Source: Clostridia bacterium (GTDB taxonomy: Bacteria; Bacillota; Clostridia; Peptostreptococcales; Anaerovoracaceae). From it: a stretch of 55,343 nt of DNA. The translations under genes and the position numbers were made by a program. The first letter of the stretch is position 1, and every line of letters begins with the position of its first letter. The DNA lies in assembly GCA_024403065.1 (NCBI GenBank), contig JAKSSM010000001.1, forward strand, positions 1 to 55,343, written 5' to 3'. Below, in pieces: positions 9,790-17,859 of the stretch. The notes under the pieces are model-generated. The model was not told where the DNA came from. It saw only the letters and a program-made list of their open reading frames with translations, and made no database searches.

Positions 9790-10152
9790 ATGAAATTCAA
9801 AGGGACGCTAATAGTGGTGTCTGACTGCAGGGATGCTTTCAGGTTCTATAACAGTATGTTTGGGCTTTCACTTTTAAAGGATAATGATGGAAATATGGAA
9901 CTGAGTAACGGTATCTATCTTCAGGAGGTATCATACTGGGAAAGGTTTCTTGGACGAAGTGTAAAAGAAAAAAGCAACAGCACTGAACTGTATTTCGAGG
10001 AAGAGGATATTGAAGGTTTCCTCCTGAAACTGGAAAGACTTTATCCTGAAACCGAATTTGTAAACAGACTGTTAACCCACAGTTGGGGACAGAAGGTTAC
10101 AAGATTCTATGACCCTGATGGAAATCTTATTGAAGTTGGAACACCTTTATAG
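9790..10152 (+). CDS. VOC (glyoxalase/bleomycin-resistance fold) family protein
   Basis: 120 aa. N-terminal ...VVSDCRDAFRFYNSMFGL... and C-terminal ...FYDPDGNLIEVGTP are typical of the VOC fold. Confidence 0.7.
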   Translation: MKFKGTLIVVSDCRDAFRFYNSMFGLSLLKDNDGNMELSNGIYLQEVSYWERFLGRSVKEKSNSTELYFEEEDIEGFLLKLERLYPETEFVNRLLTHSWGQKVTRFYDPDGNLIEVGTPL

Positions 10153-10154
10153 GA

Positions 10155-10910
10155 ATGGAGAATGAAATGAAAAAAGTATTTATACCAGTATTAACCCTTG
10201 TACTTGCAGTATCTCTTGCTGCATGCTCATTCAATCCTTTTGTAAAGAAAGCGAATAAGGATGATTACTATATGGGTTCAGGAGAAACAAAAGAGGATAT
10301 CGATACAGTTGAAATAAACTGGGTTGGTGGAGATATTGACATTGTTTACGGAAACTCAGATAAAATCATAATAACTGAAGTATCTAAGGAAACCCTTAAA
10401 GCTTCTCAGGTAATGAGATGGGGTGTGGATGGCAAGACCTTATCTGTTGATTTCCATGATCAGAAGGGCATGGTTAAGGTAGATGTACCAAATAAGGATC
10501 TTAAAGTTGAACTCCCAAAGAATAAAAGCTATAAGGTTCTTGAAATAAATACCGTTGCTGGAGATGTTAGTGTTTCTTCAAAATTCGATAAGACTACAGT
10601 TAACAGTGTTGCAGGAAAAGTAACTGTAACAAGTGAGAAGGCTGATGACATCAAGGTGCACTCTGTTGATGCTGATGTTGAAATTACAGCTGGAGAATTC
10701 AGCAGACTGGATGCAGATACTGTATCAGGAAAGATTACAGTAAATCTCCCTGATAATGCTGACTGCAAGGGTGAAATCACTTCCTTAAGCGGTAGGATTC
10801 AGATTGACCTCGACAGCAGAAAAGATGAAGATAAATTTATCTTCGGAAAGGGAAGTGCAAGTATCAGCATTGCAACACTTTCTGGAGATATTCTTGTAAA
10901 AGCAAAGTAG
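10155..10910 (+). CDS. Lipoprotein with DUF4097-like beta-strand repeats (putative adhesin fold)
   Basis: Lipobox LAAC. Repeated xxGDV/KITV units (VAGDVSVSS, VAGKVTVTS, VDADVEITA, VSGKITVNL, LSGRIQIDL, LSGDILVKA). An alternative start at ATG 10167 has better RBS spacing. Confidence 0.65.
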   Translation: MENEMKKVFIPVLTLVLAVSLAACSFNPFVKKANKDDYYMGSGETKEDIDTVEINWVGGDIDIVYGNSDKIIITEVSKETLKASQVMRWGVDGKTLSVDFHDQKGMVKVDVPNKDLKVELPKNKSYKVLEINTVAGDVSVSSKFDKTTVNSVAGKVTVTSEKADDIKVHSVDADVEITAGEFSRLDADTVSGKITVNLPDNADCKGEITSLSGRIQIDLDSRKDEDKFIFGKGSASISIATLSGDILVKAK

Positions 10911-10928
10911 CTTGCAGATGTTTGCGTT

Positions 10929-10938
10929 TAAAGATAAT
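10929..10938 (+). repeat. Left copy of the 10-bp direct repeat TAAAGATAAT bracketing an atypical-composition islet
   Basis: Identical 10-mer recurs at 12439-12448. Confidence 0.6.
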
Positions 10939-10939
10939 C

Positions 10940-11119
10940 ATGTCATATGGGATTGTTGTGAAGTTCCAACCAGATAACACACCTAACAATGGATATCATG
11001 CATATGAAGTTTCGAAGCTGAGAGATATTCCGGTGACGATTTTAAAAGCGCTACTGGAAGATGGCAAGATATCAAAAGCAGAATACAATAAGTTAAGAAC
11101 GAGGAAAAAGCAAGTATGA
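10940..11119 (+). CDS. Small hypothetical protein with SHOCT-like C-terminus
   Basis: 59 aa from ATG 10940 (track gives TTG 10922). ...ILKALLEDGKISKAEYNKLR resembles the SHOCT motif. Stop overlaps the next start (ATGA). No clear RBS. Confidence 0.35.
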   Translation: MSYGIVVKFQPDNTPNNGYHAYEVSKLRDIPVTILKALLEDGKISKAEYNKLRTRKKQV

Positions 11120-11661
11120 ATTCACAAATAGTTGATGAAAAATCATTTGTTATTTCGTATAGATTTTTTGAAGAAACTCATGAGACAGAAATAGCTATGA
11201 AGATAGGGGGAGAAAATATTCTTGCATTTATGAGAACTGGCAACTTGCTGACTACTAGGTGGAATCTAGATGAACTTGCTTTTTGGATTCGTGAATTTCT
11301 TGATCATATGGCGCAAGATCCATACCCTGTAGATGTTGAGGGTGAATATGCAGCAATTAAGGATATTAACGCACGTGAATTTGACTCAGATGACGATGAG
11401 GAGTTTGATGCATATTACGATAAACTCGACGAATGGAATTTGAGACATAGATGGCATTATGCTTCTAATGGAGCAATCCTTGCAGATTTGTATTTTCAAT
11501 TAGTTGATGGATGTGTAGAAATTTCTTGGAATAATCAAGAGACAGATGATGGTGTTGCATTTCAATGTGAACTTGGCGGGGCAAGAGTTTCACGTGAGCA
11601 ATTTGAAAAGGAAATGACTTCATTTTTAAATGCGTATGCAGCCCAGTGGTTTAAATGCTAA
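11116..11661 (+). CDS. Hypothetical acidic protein (181 aa)
   Basis: GAGGAAAAA RBS region upstream. Acidic DSDDDEEFD stretch. Codon choice differs from flanking genes (CAA for Gln). No family recognised. Confidence 0.5.
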   Translation: MNSQIVDEKSFVISYRFFEETHETEIAMKIGGENILAFMRTGNLLTTRWNLDELAFWIREFLDHMAQDPYPVDVEGEYAAIKDINAREFDSDDDEEFDAYYDKLDEWNLRHRWHYASNGAILADLYFQLVDGCVEISWNNQETDDGVAFQCELGGARVSREQFEKEMTSFLNAYAAQWFKC

Positions 11662-11808
11662 AGTGGTGATGTGTGTATCAAAACCTTTGCTGAAATTGCA
11701 AATTAGTAGAACTGTATATTTTTTCAAGGTATAAAGTGGAGGAATGCCTGCAGGAACTGGCATTTCAATTGATAAGTGTGACATGAAAATATCAAGGTAG
11801 GTGTGCAA

Positions 11809-12441
11809 ATGGACATTATTCAAATAAAAACAACAAGAGACAGTGTATGTATGGGTGATGACTGTAATGCTCCGCATGAGGTATTAATGGAATTTGATCC
11901 AAAGAGTGATACGGTTTATGACCTTTTTTCAAGGCTGGTAAAATATGTGCCTTCCATGTATGACTGCGAATGGGAAGTAATGTGCGGTTCAAAAGTGCTT
12001 GGAAGACTTGTACCTGATTCTAAAGAGAAATATCAGATAATACCTGAATGTACATATATCCATTTTTCGGAACTTCCGGAATATGAAATATTCTGCAGAA
12101 GAAAAGCATTTGATAATCAATTGGAATATTATGAAAGGGTTGAAGTGCTTTATGATGGAAGCTACTTTAATCTTACATTATTCCGTGAATATGGTGATAT
12201 AGGAACAGTTCTTTTGAAAGGTGCAACAAAGATTACTACAATGGACAGGGAGTTTGCTGTTAGAAACGGGTTCGTTCATAGAGAACTTCAGCATTATGAC
12301 AGAGTGCTCGAAATAAATGAGTTTGAAGGTCTTCGTATTGTAAGGATCCCAAATGATATGAATCATGATACAGAATATATTCTGATTCCAAAAGAAAAGG
12401 TAATGGATGAACTTGAAAAAAGAGCAGGAACTGCTTTATAA
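11809..12441 (+). CDS. Hypothetical protein (210 aa)
   Basis: ATG 11809 is preceded by AAGGTAGG (track start is GTG 11803). No family recognised. Confidence 0.5.
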   Translation: MDIIQIKTTRDSVCMGDDCNAPHEVLMEFDPKSDTVYDLFSRLVKYVPSMYDCEWEVMCGSKVLGRLVPDSKEKYQIIPECTYIHFSELPEYEIFCRRKAFDNQLEYYERVEVLYDGSYFNLTLFREYGDIGTVLLKGATKITTMDREFAVRNGFVHRELQHYDRVLEINEFEGLRIVRIPNDMNHDTEYILIPKEKVMDELEKRAGTAL

Positions 12442-12448
12442 AGATAAT
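12439..12448 (+). repeat. Right copy of the 10-bp direct repeat TAAAGATAAT
   Basis: Identical to 10929-10938. Includes the stop codon of 11809-12441. Confidence 0.6.
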
Positions 12449-12457
12449 GAATTCAAA

Positions 12458-12477
12458 TGTCAGGCTTAAGCCTGGCA
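12458..12477. terminator. Short hairpin between convergent genes (weak terminator candidate)
   Basis: TGTCAGGC-TTAA-GCCTGGCA stem with one G-T pair. No strong T-run. Confidence 0.35.
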
Positions 12478-13554
12478 TTACTGTTTCTGCATTTCTTTTC
12501 TTCGTTCACGACGTACTCTGTTGATGTGTCTTTCAAAGTCACCGCTTTTTATAAGCTCATATATTACATACTGATCGATTACCGGTACTGTACATGAGTA
12601 GAAACTGAGTCTTCTGTTGTATTCATCAAGAAGTTTTTTGGGAAGAATCATATATCCTGTACGTATGGCTGACGAGATGGTATTTGAGAATGTATTCATG
12701 TAGATTACATTGTCTGAATCGGACATGCTGAAGGTGGATTCCTCATATTTTCTTTTTACTGTGAGTTCTGAATCATAGTTGTCTTCAATGATGTAGCCGT
12801 TTCTTTCCTTTGCCCATCTGATGTACTCCAGCTTCTTTGTGATACCGATGGTAATTCCGCTTGGATAACTGTTGAATGGAGTGACATGTAATACTTTTGC
12901 TTTTGATGATGCAAGGATGTCACCAGGGATCCCATCATCATCGAGTCTCAGTTTTTCAAGGGTAGTTCCAAGAGATGAATATACCTGTTCGATTTTTTCA
13001 TAGGATGGATCTTCAATTGCAAAGGTTTCACCCATAAAAAGCTGGGCAAGAAGACCGTAAAGGTATTCAGCTCCAGAACCAACAATAATCTGCTCCGGAC
13101 TTACAATTATTCCTCTGTTTCTTGCAAGGTAGGATGCAATTTCTGTTCTAAGTTCCATGATACCCTTGGCGTCGGATGGGATGAGGAGTCTTTCGTTATA
13201 TTCAAGAAGCACTTTTCTTACGGTTTTTGAGATGATGCTGTATGGGAATGCACCTTCACCGGCAGTGCTTTCCAGTGTTCTTGGTTTTGCTTTTTCATTT
13301 GCAGGTTCCTTTGGTTTTCCCTGGAAGTCTGACTCACGGTAGATTACAAAGTAACCACTCTTTTCACGGGCTTCAATATATCCTTCATCAATCAGAAGTT
13401 CCATTGCATGCTGAACAGTAATTACTGATACCGCATTATCAAGGGCTATGGTTCTTTTAGACTTGAGGCGGGAACCGTATGGGTAGATTCTTTTTATTAT
13501 TTCTTCTCTTATCTGATAGTAGATTTTAAGATATTGAGGTTCTTTATTTTTCAT
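12478..13554 (-). CDS. MocR/GabR/PdxR-type regulator (GntR wHTH + fold-type I aminotransferase-like domain), degenerate: PLP lysine replaced and C-terminal subdomain missing
   Basis: N-terminal GntR-type HTH. The AAT-like region has IIEDNYDSEL and VIYMNTFSNTISSAIRTGYMILP, which aligns with the ...TFSKSL... PLP-lysine motif but has Asn. Only 358 aa. Confidence 0.8.
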   Translation of the reverse strand: MKNKEPQYLKIYYQIREEIIKRIYPYGSRLKSKRTIALDNAVSVITVQHAMELLIDEGYIEAREKSGYFVIYRESDFQGKPKEPANEKAKPRTLESTAGEGAFPYSIISKTVRKVLLEYNERLLIPSDAKGIMELRTEIASYLARNRGIIVSPEQIIVGSGAEYLYGLLAQLFMGETFAIEDPSYEKIEQVYSSLGTTLEKLRLDDDGIPGDILASSKAKVLHVTPFNSYPSGITIGITKKLEYIRWAKERNGYIIEDNYDSELTVKRKYEESTFSMSDSDNVIYMNTFSNTISSAIRTGYMILPKKLLDEYNRRLSFYSCTVPVIDQYVIYELIKSGDFERHINRVRRERRKEMQKQ

Positions 13555-13645
13555 CTGGTTATATTAAATACTTTGATTCTGATTATTTTTATATTATCAA
13601 TTTCATTGTATACTCCTGTTACAAACTTGTAAAGGAGAAATTGAC

Positions 13646-14164
13646 ATGGAAAAGACATCAGCAAAAACAAGAACGGTAAGATTGGTTATAACAGCTTTAT
13701 TTTTGGCAATGAACGTGGCATTAAGCTCATTTGGAGTGCCTGTCCCTGGCGGACACCTTTATCTTAATGACGTAGTAATCTGCCTTGCGGCAATTATGCT
13801 TAATCCATTTGAAGCATTCATGGTTGGAGGAGTAGGGGCATTCCTTGGAGACTTCTTTTTCTACCCTGCACCAATGTTCGTATCACTGGTAACACATGGT
13901 ATTCAGGCAGTAGTTATTTCCTTATGTTCACACAAGCTTTTCAAGAAGAAGCCACTTCTTGGAGCAATTGTAGGAGTAACAATCGGAGCACTTATCATGG
14001 TAGCTGGATACACATTCGGAAGAGCATTCATCTACAGCACAAAGGAATATGCACTTCTCAAACTCCCATTCCAGTTCCTTCAGGCAGGAGTTGGAGCAGT
14101 TCTTGGAACATTCCTCTGCTTCGGTACTGGCATAAAGAAGCAGTTCGACAAGAGCGTAAGATAA
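13646..14164 (+). CDS. ECF-transporter S component-like membrane protein
   Basis: 172 aa with about 6 TM and a Gly-rich helix pattern typical of ECF substrate-capture subunits. Divergent from the MocR-like regulator. Confidence 0.6.
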   Translation: MEKTSAKTRTVRLVITALFLAMNVALSSFGVPVPGGHLYLNDVVICLAAIMLNPFEAFMVGGVGAFLGDFFFYPAPMFVSLVTHGIQAVVISLCSHKLFKKKPLLGAIVGVTIGALIMVAGYTFGRAFIYSTKEYALLKLPFQFLQAGVGAVLGTFLCFGTGIKKQFDKSVR

Positions 14165-14171
14165 TGAAGCT

Positions 14172-14196
14172 AACCGGGCTATGCCCGGTTTTTTGT
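14172..14196 (+). terminator. Rho-independent terminator
   Basis: AACCGGGC-TAT-GCCCGGTT followed by TTTTTT. Confidence 0.8.
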
Positions 14197-14244
14197 TGTT
14201 AAAAACCCTTCTTTATGTTAGAATAGCATTCATCGGAGGCAAAG

Positions 14245-14961
14245 ATGTTTAGTAGACAGGTAACAATAACAGAAGAACTTGCAGGAAGAAACAGCCATCT
14301 TTCCCTAAAGGAAATGGCAACACTTCTTGTAGATACAGCGGGTGGTCACCTTACTACAGTAGGTCTTACAGGACCTGAATTAAGGGAGTATGACCTTGCC
14401 TGGGTAATAGTAAAAAGAAATGTAGAAATATTAAATGACATATTTGTAGGAGACACTGTAACCTTTGAAACAAGAGCAGGTAAGCCAAGACACGGAATGT
14501 ACCCAAGAATTTTCGATCTTAAAAACAATGCAGGGGAAGTTCTTGCCCATGTTGAAGAAATCTGGGTTGTAATGGATATAAAGAACCGTGTAATGGTGGA
14601 CAGAACATATTTCACTGACAGCTATCCGGAAGAAATGTCTGAACCTGTAAGATACAGAAAGATGCAGATAACAGAACTTGAACTTTCAAAGGTTAAAGAA
14701 AGAACTGCAGATGAAAGTGAGACTGATGTTAACGGTCACATCAATAATGCATATTTTTTAAGATGGGCAGACCAGGTTCTTGGATCTGAAATTGAAAGCG
14801 CATCAGTAAGAAAAGTATATATTGAGTATGCAAGAGAAATTCTTGCAGGAGAAAAGGTAACCTTAAGATACGGAATCGACAGTGAATCCTGCGAGTTCTA
14901 CCTTAAGGGTGAAGTTGAAGGTGAAGAAAGATTCACTGTATATTTCACATTTGAAAAATAG
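14245..14961 (+). CDS. Acyl-ACP thioesterase family protein
   Basis: 238 aa with double hot-dog organisation and the DVNGHINNAYFLRW motif. Confidence 0.8.
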   Translation: MFSRQVTITEELAGRNSHLSLKEMATLLVDTAGGHLTTVGLTGPELREYDLAWVIVKRNVEILNDIFVGDTVTFETRAGKPRHGMYPRIFDLKNNAGEVLAHVEEIWVVMDIKNRVMVDRTYFTDSYPEEMSEPVRYRKMQITELELSKVKERTADESETDVNGHINNAYFLRWADQVLGSEIESASVRKVYIEYAREILAGEKVTLRYGIDSESCEFYLKGEVEGEERFTVYFTFEK

Positions 14962-14977
14962 AAGGTATCAGCAGTTT

Positions 14978-15871
14978 ATGAAAAGATTTGCAGTCATATT
15001 CCCAATCCTTTCAGGTACATTCTGGGGTTCGTGCGGAATATTTGTGAGATCCCTATCGGGAGCAGAACTTAATAACATTACAATTCTTTTCCTAAGAGCA
15101 TTTGTGAGTACCATATTTCTTCTTTTTCTGATACTCTTAAAGGACCGAAGTCTTCTTAAGATAAATCTTAGGGATCTTCCACTTTTCCTTTCATTTGCCA
15201 TTAATGGAATTACCATTATGAATTTCTTCTATAACCTGGCAATGAATACGGTGTCACTGTCCCTTGCAGCAGTACTTCTATCCACATGTCCTGTATTTGT
15301 AATGATAATTGCAGCAGTACTTTTCGGAGAGAAGATTACACCACTAAAGGTTTCATGCATGCTTGCAACAATTGCAGGATGCTTTATGCTTTCGGGAGTT
15401 CTTGATGGAAAGGAAATGATAGTAAGTGGCATCGGTATCCTCTTTGGAATAGGAGCAGCGGTATTCAATGCCATATATATTACAACTGTAAAGGCTCTTA
15501 CAAACAGAAACTACAACAACCTTACAATCCTTTTCTACGGATTCATGTTTGCAAGCGTAGTACTTCTTTTCTTCTGTGATTTCAGAGCAGTTGGGAGTTT
15601 TGTAAAGGCAGAACCACTCTATGGAATTACTTTGATAATTTCACAGAGTGCAGTATCAACCCTTCTTCCAAATCTTCTTTTCACAAAAGGAATGCAGTAT
15701 ATGGAGTCGGGAAAGGTTACTGTATTCTCCAGTGGAGCAGAGCCTGTTTCAGCCATGCTCTTTGGACTTTTCATATACAAAGAGGTACCAACGGTATTTG
15801 GAATACTGGGACTCATTACAGTAATTACAGCACTTACAGTTCTTACACTGAAAGGAGAGAAAACAGAATGA
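14978..15871 (+). CDS. EamA/DMT superfamily transporter
   Basis: 10-TM pattern in two EamA-like halves. ATG 14978 (MKRFAVIFPILSG...) chosen because the track's GTG 14882 extension overlaps the thioesterase gene. Confidence 0.8.
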   Translation: MKRFAVIFPILSGTFWGSCGIFVRSLSGAELNNITILFLRAFVSTIFLLFLILLKDRSLLKINLRDLPLFLSFAINGITIMNFFYNLAMNTVSLSLAAVLLSTCPVFVMIIAAVLFGEKITPLKVSCMLATIAGCFMLSGVLDGKEMIVSGIGILFGIGAAVFNAIYITTVKALTNRNYNNLTILFYGFMFASVVLLFFCDFRAVGSFVKAEPLYGITLIISQSAVSTLLPNLLFTKGMQYMESGKVTVFSSGAEPVSAMLFGLFIYKEVPTVFGILGLITVITALTVLTLKGEKTE

Positions 15872-16365
15872 AAAAAGCAGTTCCATTTCTTGTTCTTGCT
15901 ATAGCAGTTATCCTCATTGTGCTTTTCCTTGTAAAGGGAAAAGGCGATGAAAAGGAAATGGTCTATGAATCAGAAATTCTTAAAAATGCAGGAGTAACAG
16001 AATTTACTCTTCAGTATTCAGGAAGCAGTTCTGGTGGCCATGAATTCTATATCTATGGTATTGAAAAGGGCAAGTGGGTCCTTACTGTAAAAGAACAGGA
16101 AACATTCAATTCCAAAGAAAAGGTAAAGAAATACAAGGCTGATGAAGAGGGCATGCTTAAGCTCTACACAATCTTTACTGAAAATGACCTTGAGCATTCA
16201 AAGGAAAGAGAAGGTGAAAGAATCTACATCCTTGATGGTGCAACAGCAACGGTTTCAGTAACTTCAGACGGAAAGAGAATCTGGGTTCATGAAAGTGAGA
16301 TGCCTGAAGATGAGCACAAGTATCTCGGTGAAATCTGGTCCGTAATAAAGGAATACATCAGATAG
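15868..16365 (+). CDS. Membrane-anchored hypothetical protein
   Basis: N-terminal TM anchor. 4-nt ATGA overlap with the EamA gene. No family recognised. Confidence 0.5.
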   Translation: MKKAVPFLVLAIAVILIVLFLVKGKGDEKEMVYESEILKNAGVTEFTLQYSGSSSGGHEFYIYGIEKGKWVLTVKEQETFNSKEKVKKYKADEEGMLKLYTIFTENDLEHSKEREGERIYILDGATATVSVTSDGKRIWVHESEMPEDEHKYLGEIWSVIKEYIR

Positions 16366-16368
16366 CTT

Positions 16369-16392
16369 AAGAAGGGTAATCCCTTCTTTTTC
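16369..16392 (+). terminator. Rho-independent terminator
   Basis: AAGAAGGG-TAAT-CCCTTCTT followed by a T-run. Confidence 0.75.
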
Positions 16393-16408
16393 TATTCTTC
16401 AAAAACTA

Positions 16409-16438
16409 TTGAAGAAACAGCATAAAAAATGGTAAAAT
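16409..16438 (+). promoter_or_regulatory. Sigma-A-like promoter candidate for the radical SAM operon
   Basis: TTGAAG, 18-nt spacer, TAAAAT, located 40 nt upstream of ATG 16480. Confidence 0.45.
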
Positions 16439-16479
16439 ACATTGTTAACATTTATCCAATAAATATACGGAGATAGAAA

Positions 16480-17859
16480 ATGGGTTTAAACAAAAGACTT
16501 AGAAAATATGCTGAAGAGAATCTTCAGGGAATGGTACACACAACTCTCAATCCGGAGGGACCTGGAGTTGTAAGAATTCATCTTGTTCCACCAAGATTTG
16601 ATGGAGAGAATGTAATCAACTCTGTTGCCATCATCAACGGACAGGACATTATTCCTGTTGATGTTTCCTGGACTGTACTCCTCACAGAATTCATCAAGGA
16701 AGTAAATAAATATGACGGAAAGCCTGTAAATGATCAGGATGTGGAAAATATCGTAAATGCAACTTTAAAGAATGTAAGAAAGGTATATCATCTCCTTCCA
16801 AAGAAAAAGGTAAGAGAAGGTATCTACAAGCTCATGAATTCATTCAAGCAGATTGCATATGGTGAAGAGGTTACTGAAGAAATCGGATACCTTAACATCG
16901 GTGAATACGCAGACTCCATGCGTGCACCTCACAGAATGGACCTTCTTGTATCAGCAATGACAAAGGATGGACACTGGCACTGCAACCAGAAGTGTGTTCA
17001 CTGCTATGCTGCAGGACAGGTTTATGCTGAAGAACAGGAACTTTCAACAGAAGAATGGAAGAAGGTTATCGACAAGTGCAGGGAAGTATGTATCCCTCAG
17101 CTCACATTTACTGGTGGAGAACCAACAATGAGAGATGATCTTCCAGAACTCATCAGATATGCTGCATGGTTTGTAACAAGACTCAATACCAATGGTATCA
17201 GACTCACAAAGGAACTCTGCAGAGAACTTCGTGAAGCATCCTTGGACAGCATGCAGATTACATTCTATTCAGATGAAGAGGAAATCCATAACGCGCTTGT
17301 TGGCGCAAACCACTATAAGGATACAGTAGCAGGTATTGAAAACGCAGTTGAAGCTGGAATCAGCGTAAGCATCAATACTCCACTCTGTGTTTCAAACAGA
17401 GACTATGTAAAGACTCTCAGGTTCCTTAAGGAAAAGGGCGTACAGTTTGTAACATGTTCAGGCCTTATCACTACAGGTAATGCTGAAACTGAACAGTCAA
17501 CATCACTTCAGCTTTCAAAGGAAGAAATCAAGGCAATCTTAAAGGATGCTGTAGAATTCTGCTATGCAAACGAAATGGAAATCAGTTTCACATCCCCAGG
17601 ATGGATTGAAAAGGAATTCTTCGATGAACTTGGTATTTCAACACCAACATGCGGTGCATGCTTAAGCAATATGGCAATTACTCCAAGCGGAAATGTTGTT
17701 CCATGTCAGAGCTGGCTTTCAGGAGATGCTCTTGGAAACATACTTACTGACGACTGGAAGAGAATCTGGGATGGACCTCTCTGCTCAGAAAGAAGAGCAT
17801 ATTCTGCTGAAATGCTTGGTGAATGCCCATTAAGAAAATATACAGGAGGTGAGAACTAA
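16480..17859 (+). CDS. Radical SAM enzyme with twitch/SPASM-like C-terminal domain and about 150-aa N-terminal extension
   Basis: CX3CX2C = C168 NQK C172 VH C175 (nt 16981-17004). GGEPTM SAM-binding motif. C-terminal C391-GA-C394-X9-G-X4-C409 matches the first half of the SPASM/twitch signature. GGAG RBS upstream. Confidence 0.85.
   Translation: MGLNKRLRKYAEENLQGMVHTTLNPEGPGVVRIHLVPPRFDGENVINSVAIINGQDIIPVDVSWTVLLTEFIKEVNKYDGKPVNDQDVENIVNATLKNVRKVYHLLPKKKVREGIYKLMNSFKQIAYGEEVTEEIGYLNIGEYADSMRAPHRMDLLVSAMTKDGHWHCNQKCVHCYAAGQVYAEEQELSTEEWKKVIDKCREVCIPQLTFTGGEPTMRDDLPELIRYAAWFVTRLNTNGIRLTKELCRELREASLDSMQITFYSDEEEIHNALVGANHYKDTVAGIENAVEAGISVSINTPLCVSNRDYVKTLRFLKEKGVQFVTCSGLITTGNAETEQSTSLQLSKEEIKAILKDAVEFCYANEMEISFTSPGWIEKEFFDELGISTPTCGACLSNMAITPSGNVVPCQSWLSGDALGNILTDDWKRIWDGPLCSERRAYSAEMLGECPLRKYTGGEN

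Noticed and set aside
13555-13645. Possible MocR operator (TGATTCTGATT direct repeat) in the regulator/ECF-S divergent region
   Set aside because: It is only a 5-nt unit repeated once in very AT-rich DNA. This cannot be distinguished from chance without comparative data.
14882-14977. GTG-initiated 5' extension of the EamA transporter ORF overlapping the thioesterase gene by 80 nt
   Set aside because: The extension is hydrophilic and basic, unlike EamA N-termini, and overlaps a well-supported CDS. ATG 14978 starts directly with the first TM helix. The same logic was applied to the 22302 (ketopantoate reductase), 28668 (M20), 45783, 47678, 49111 and 50599 starts.
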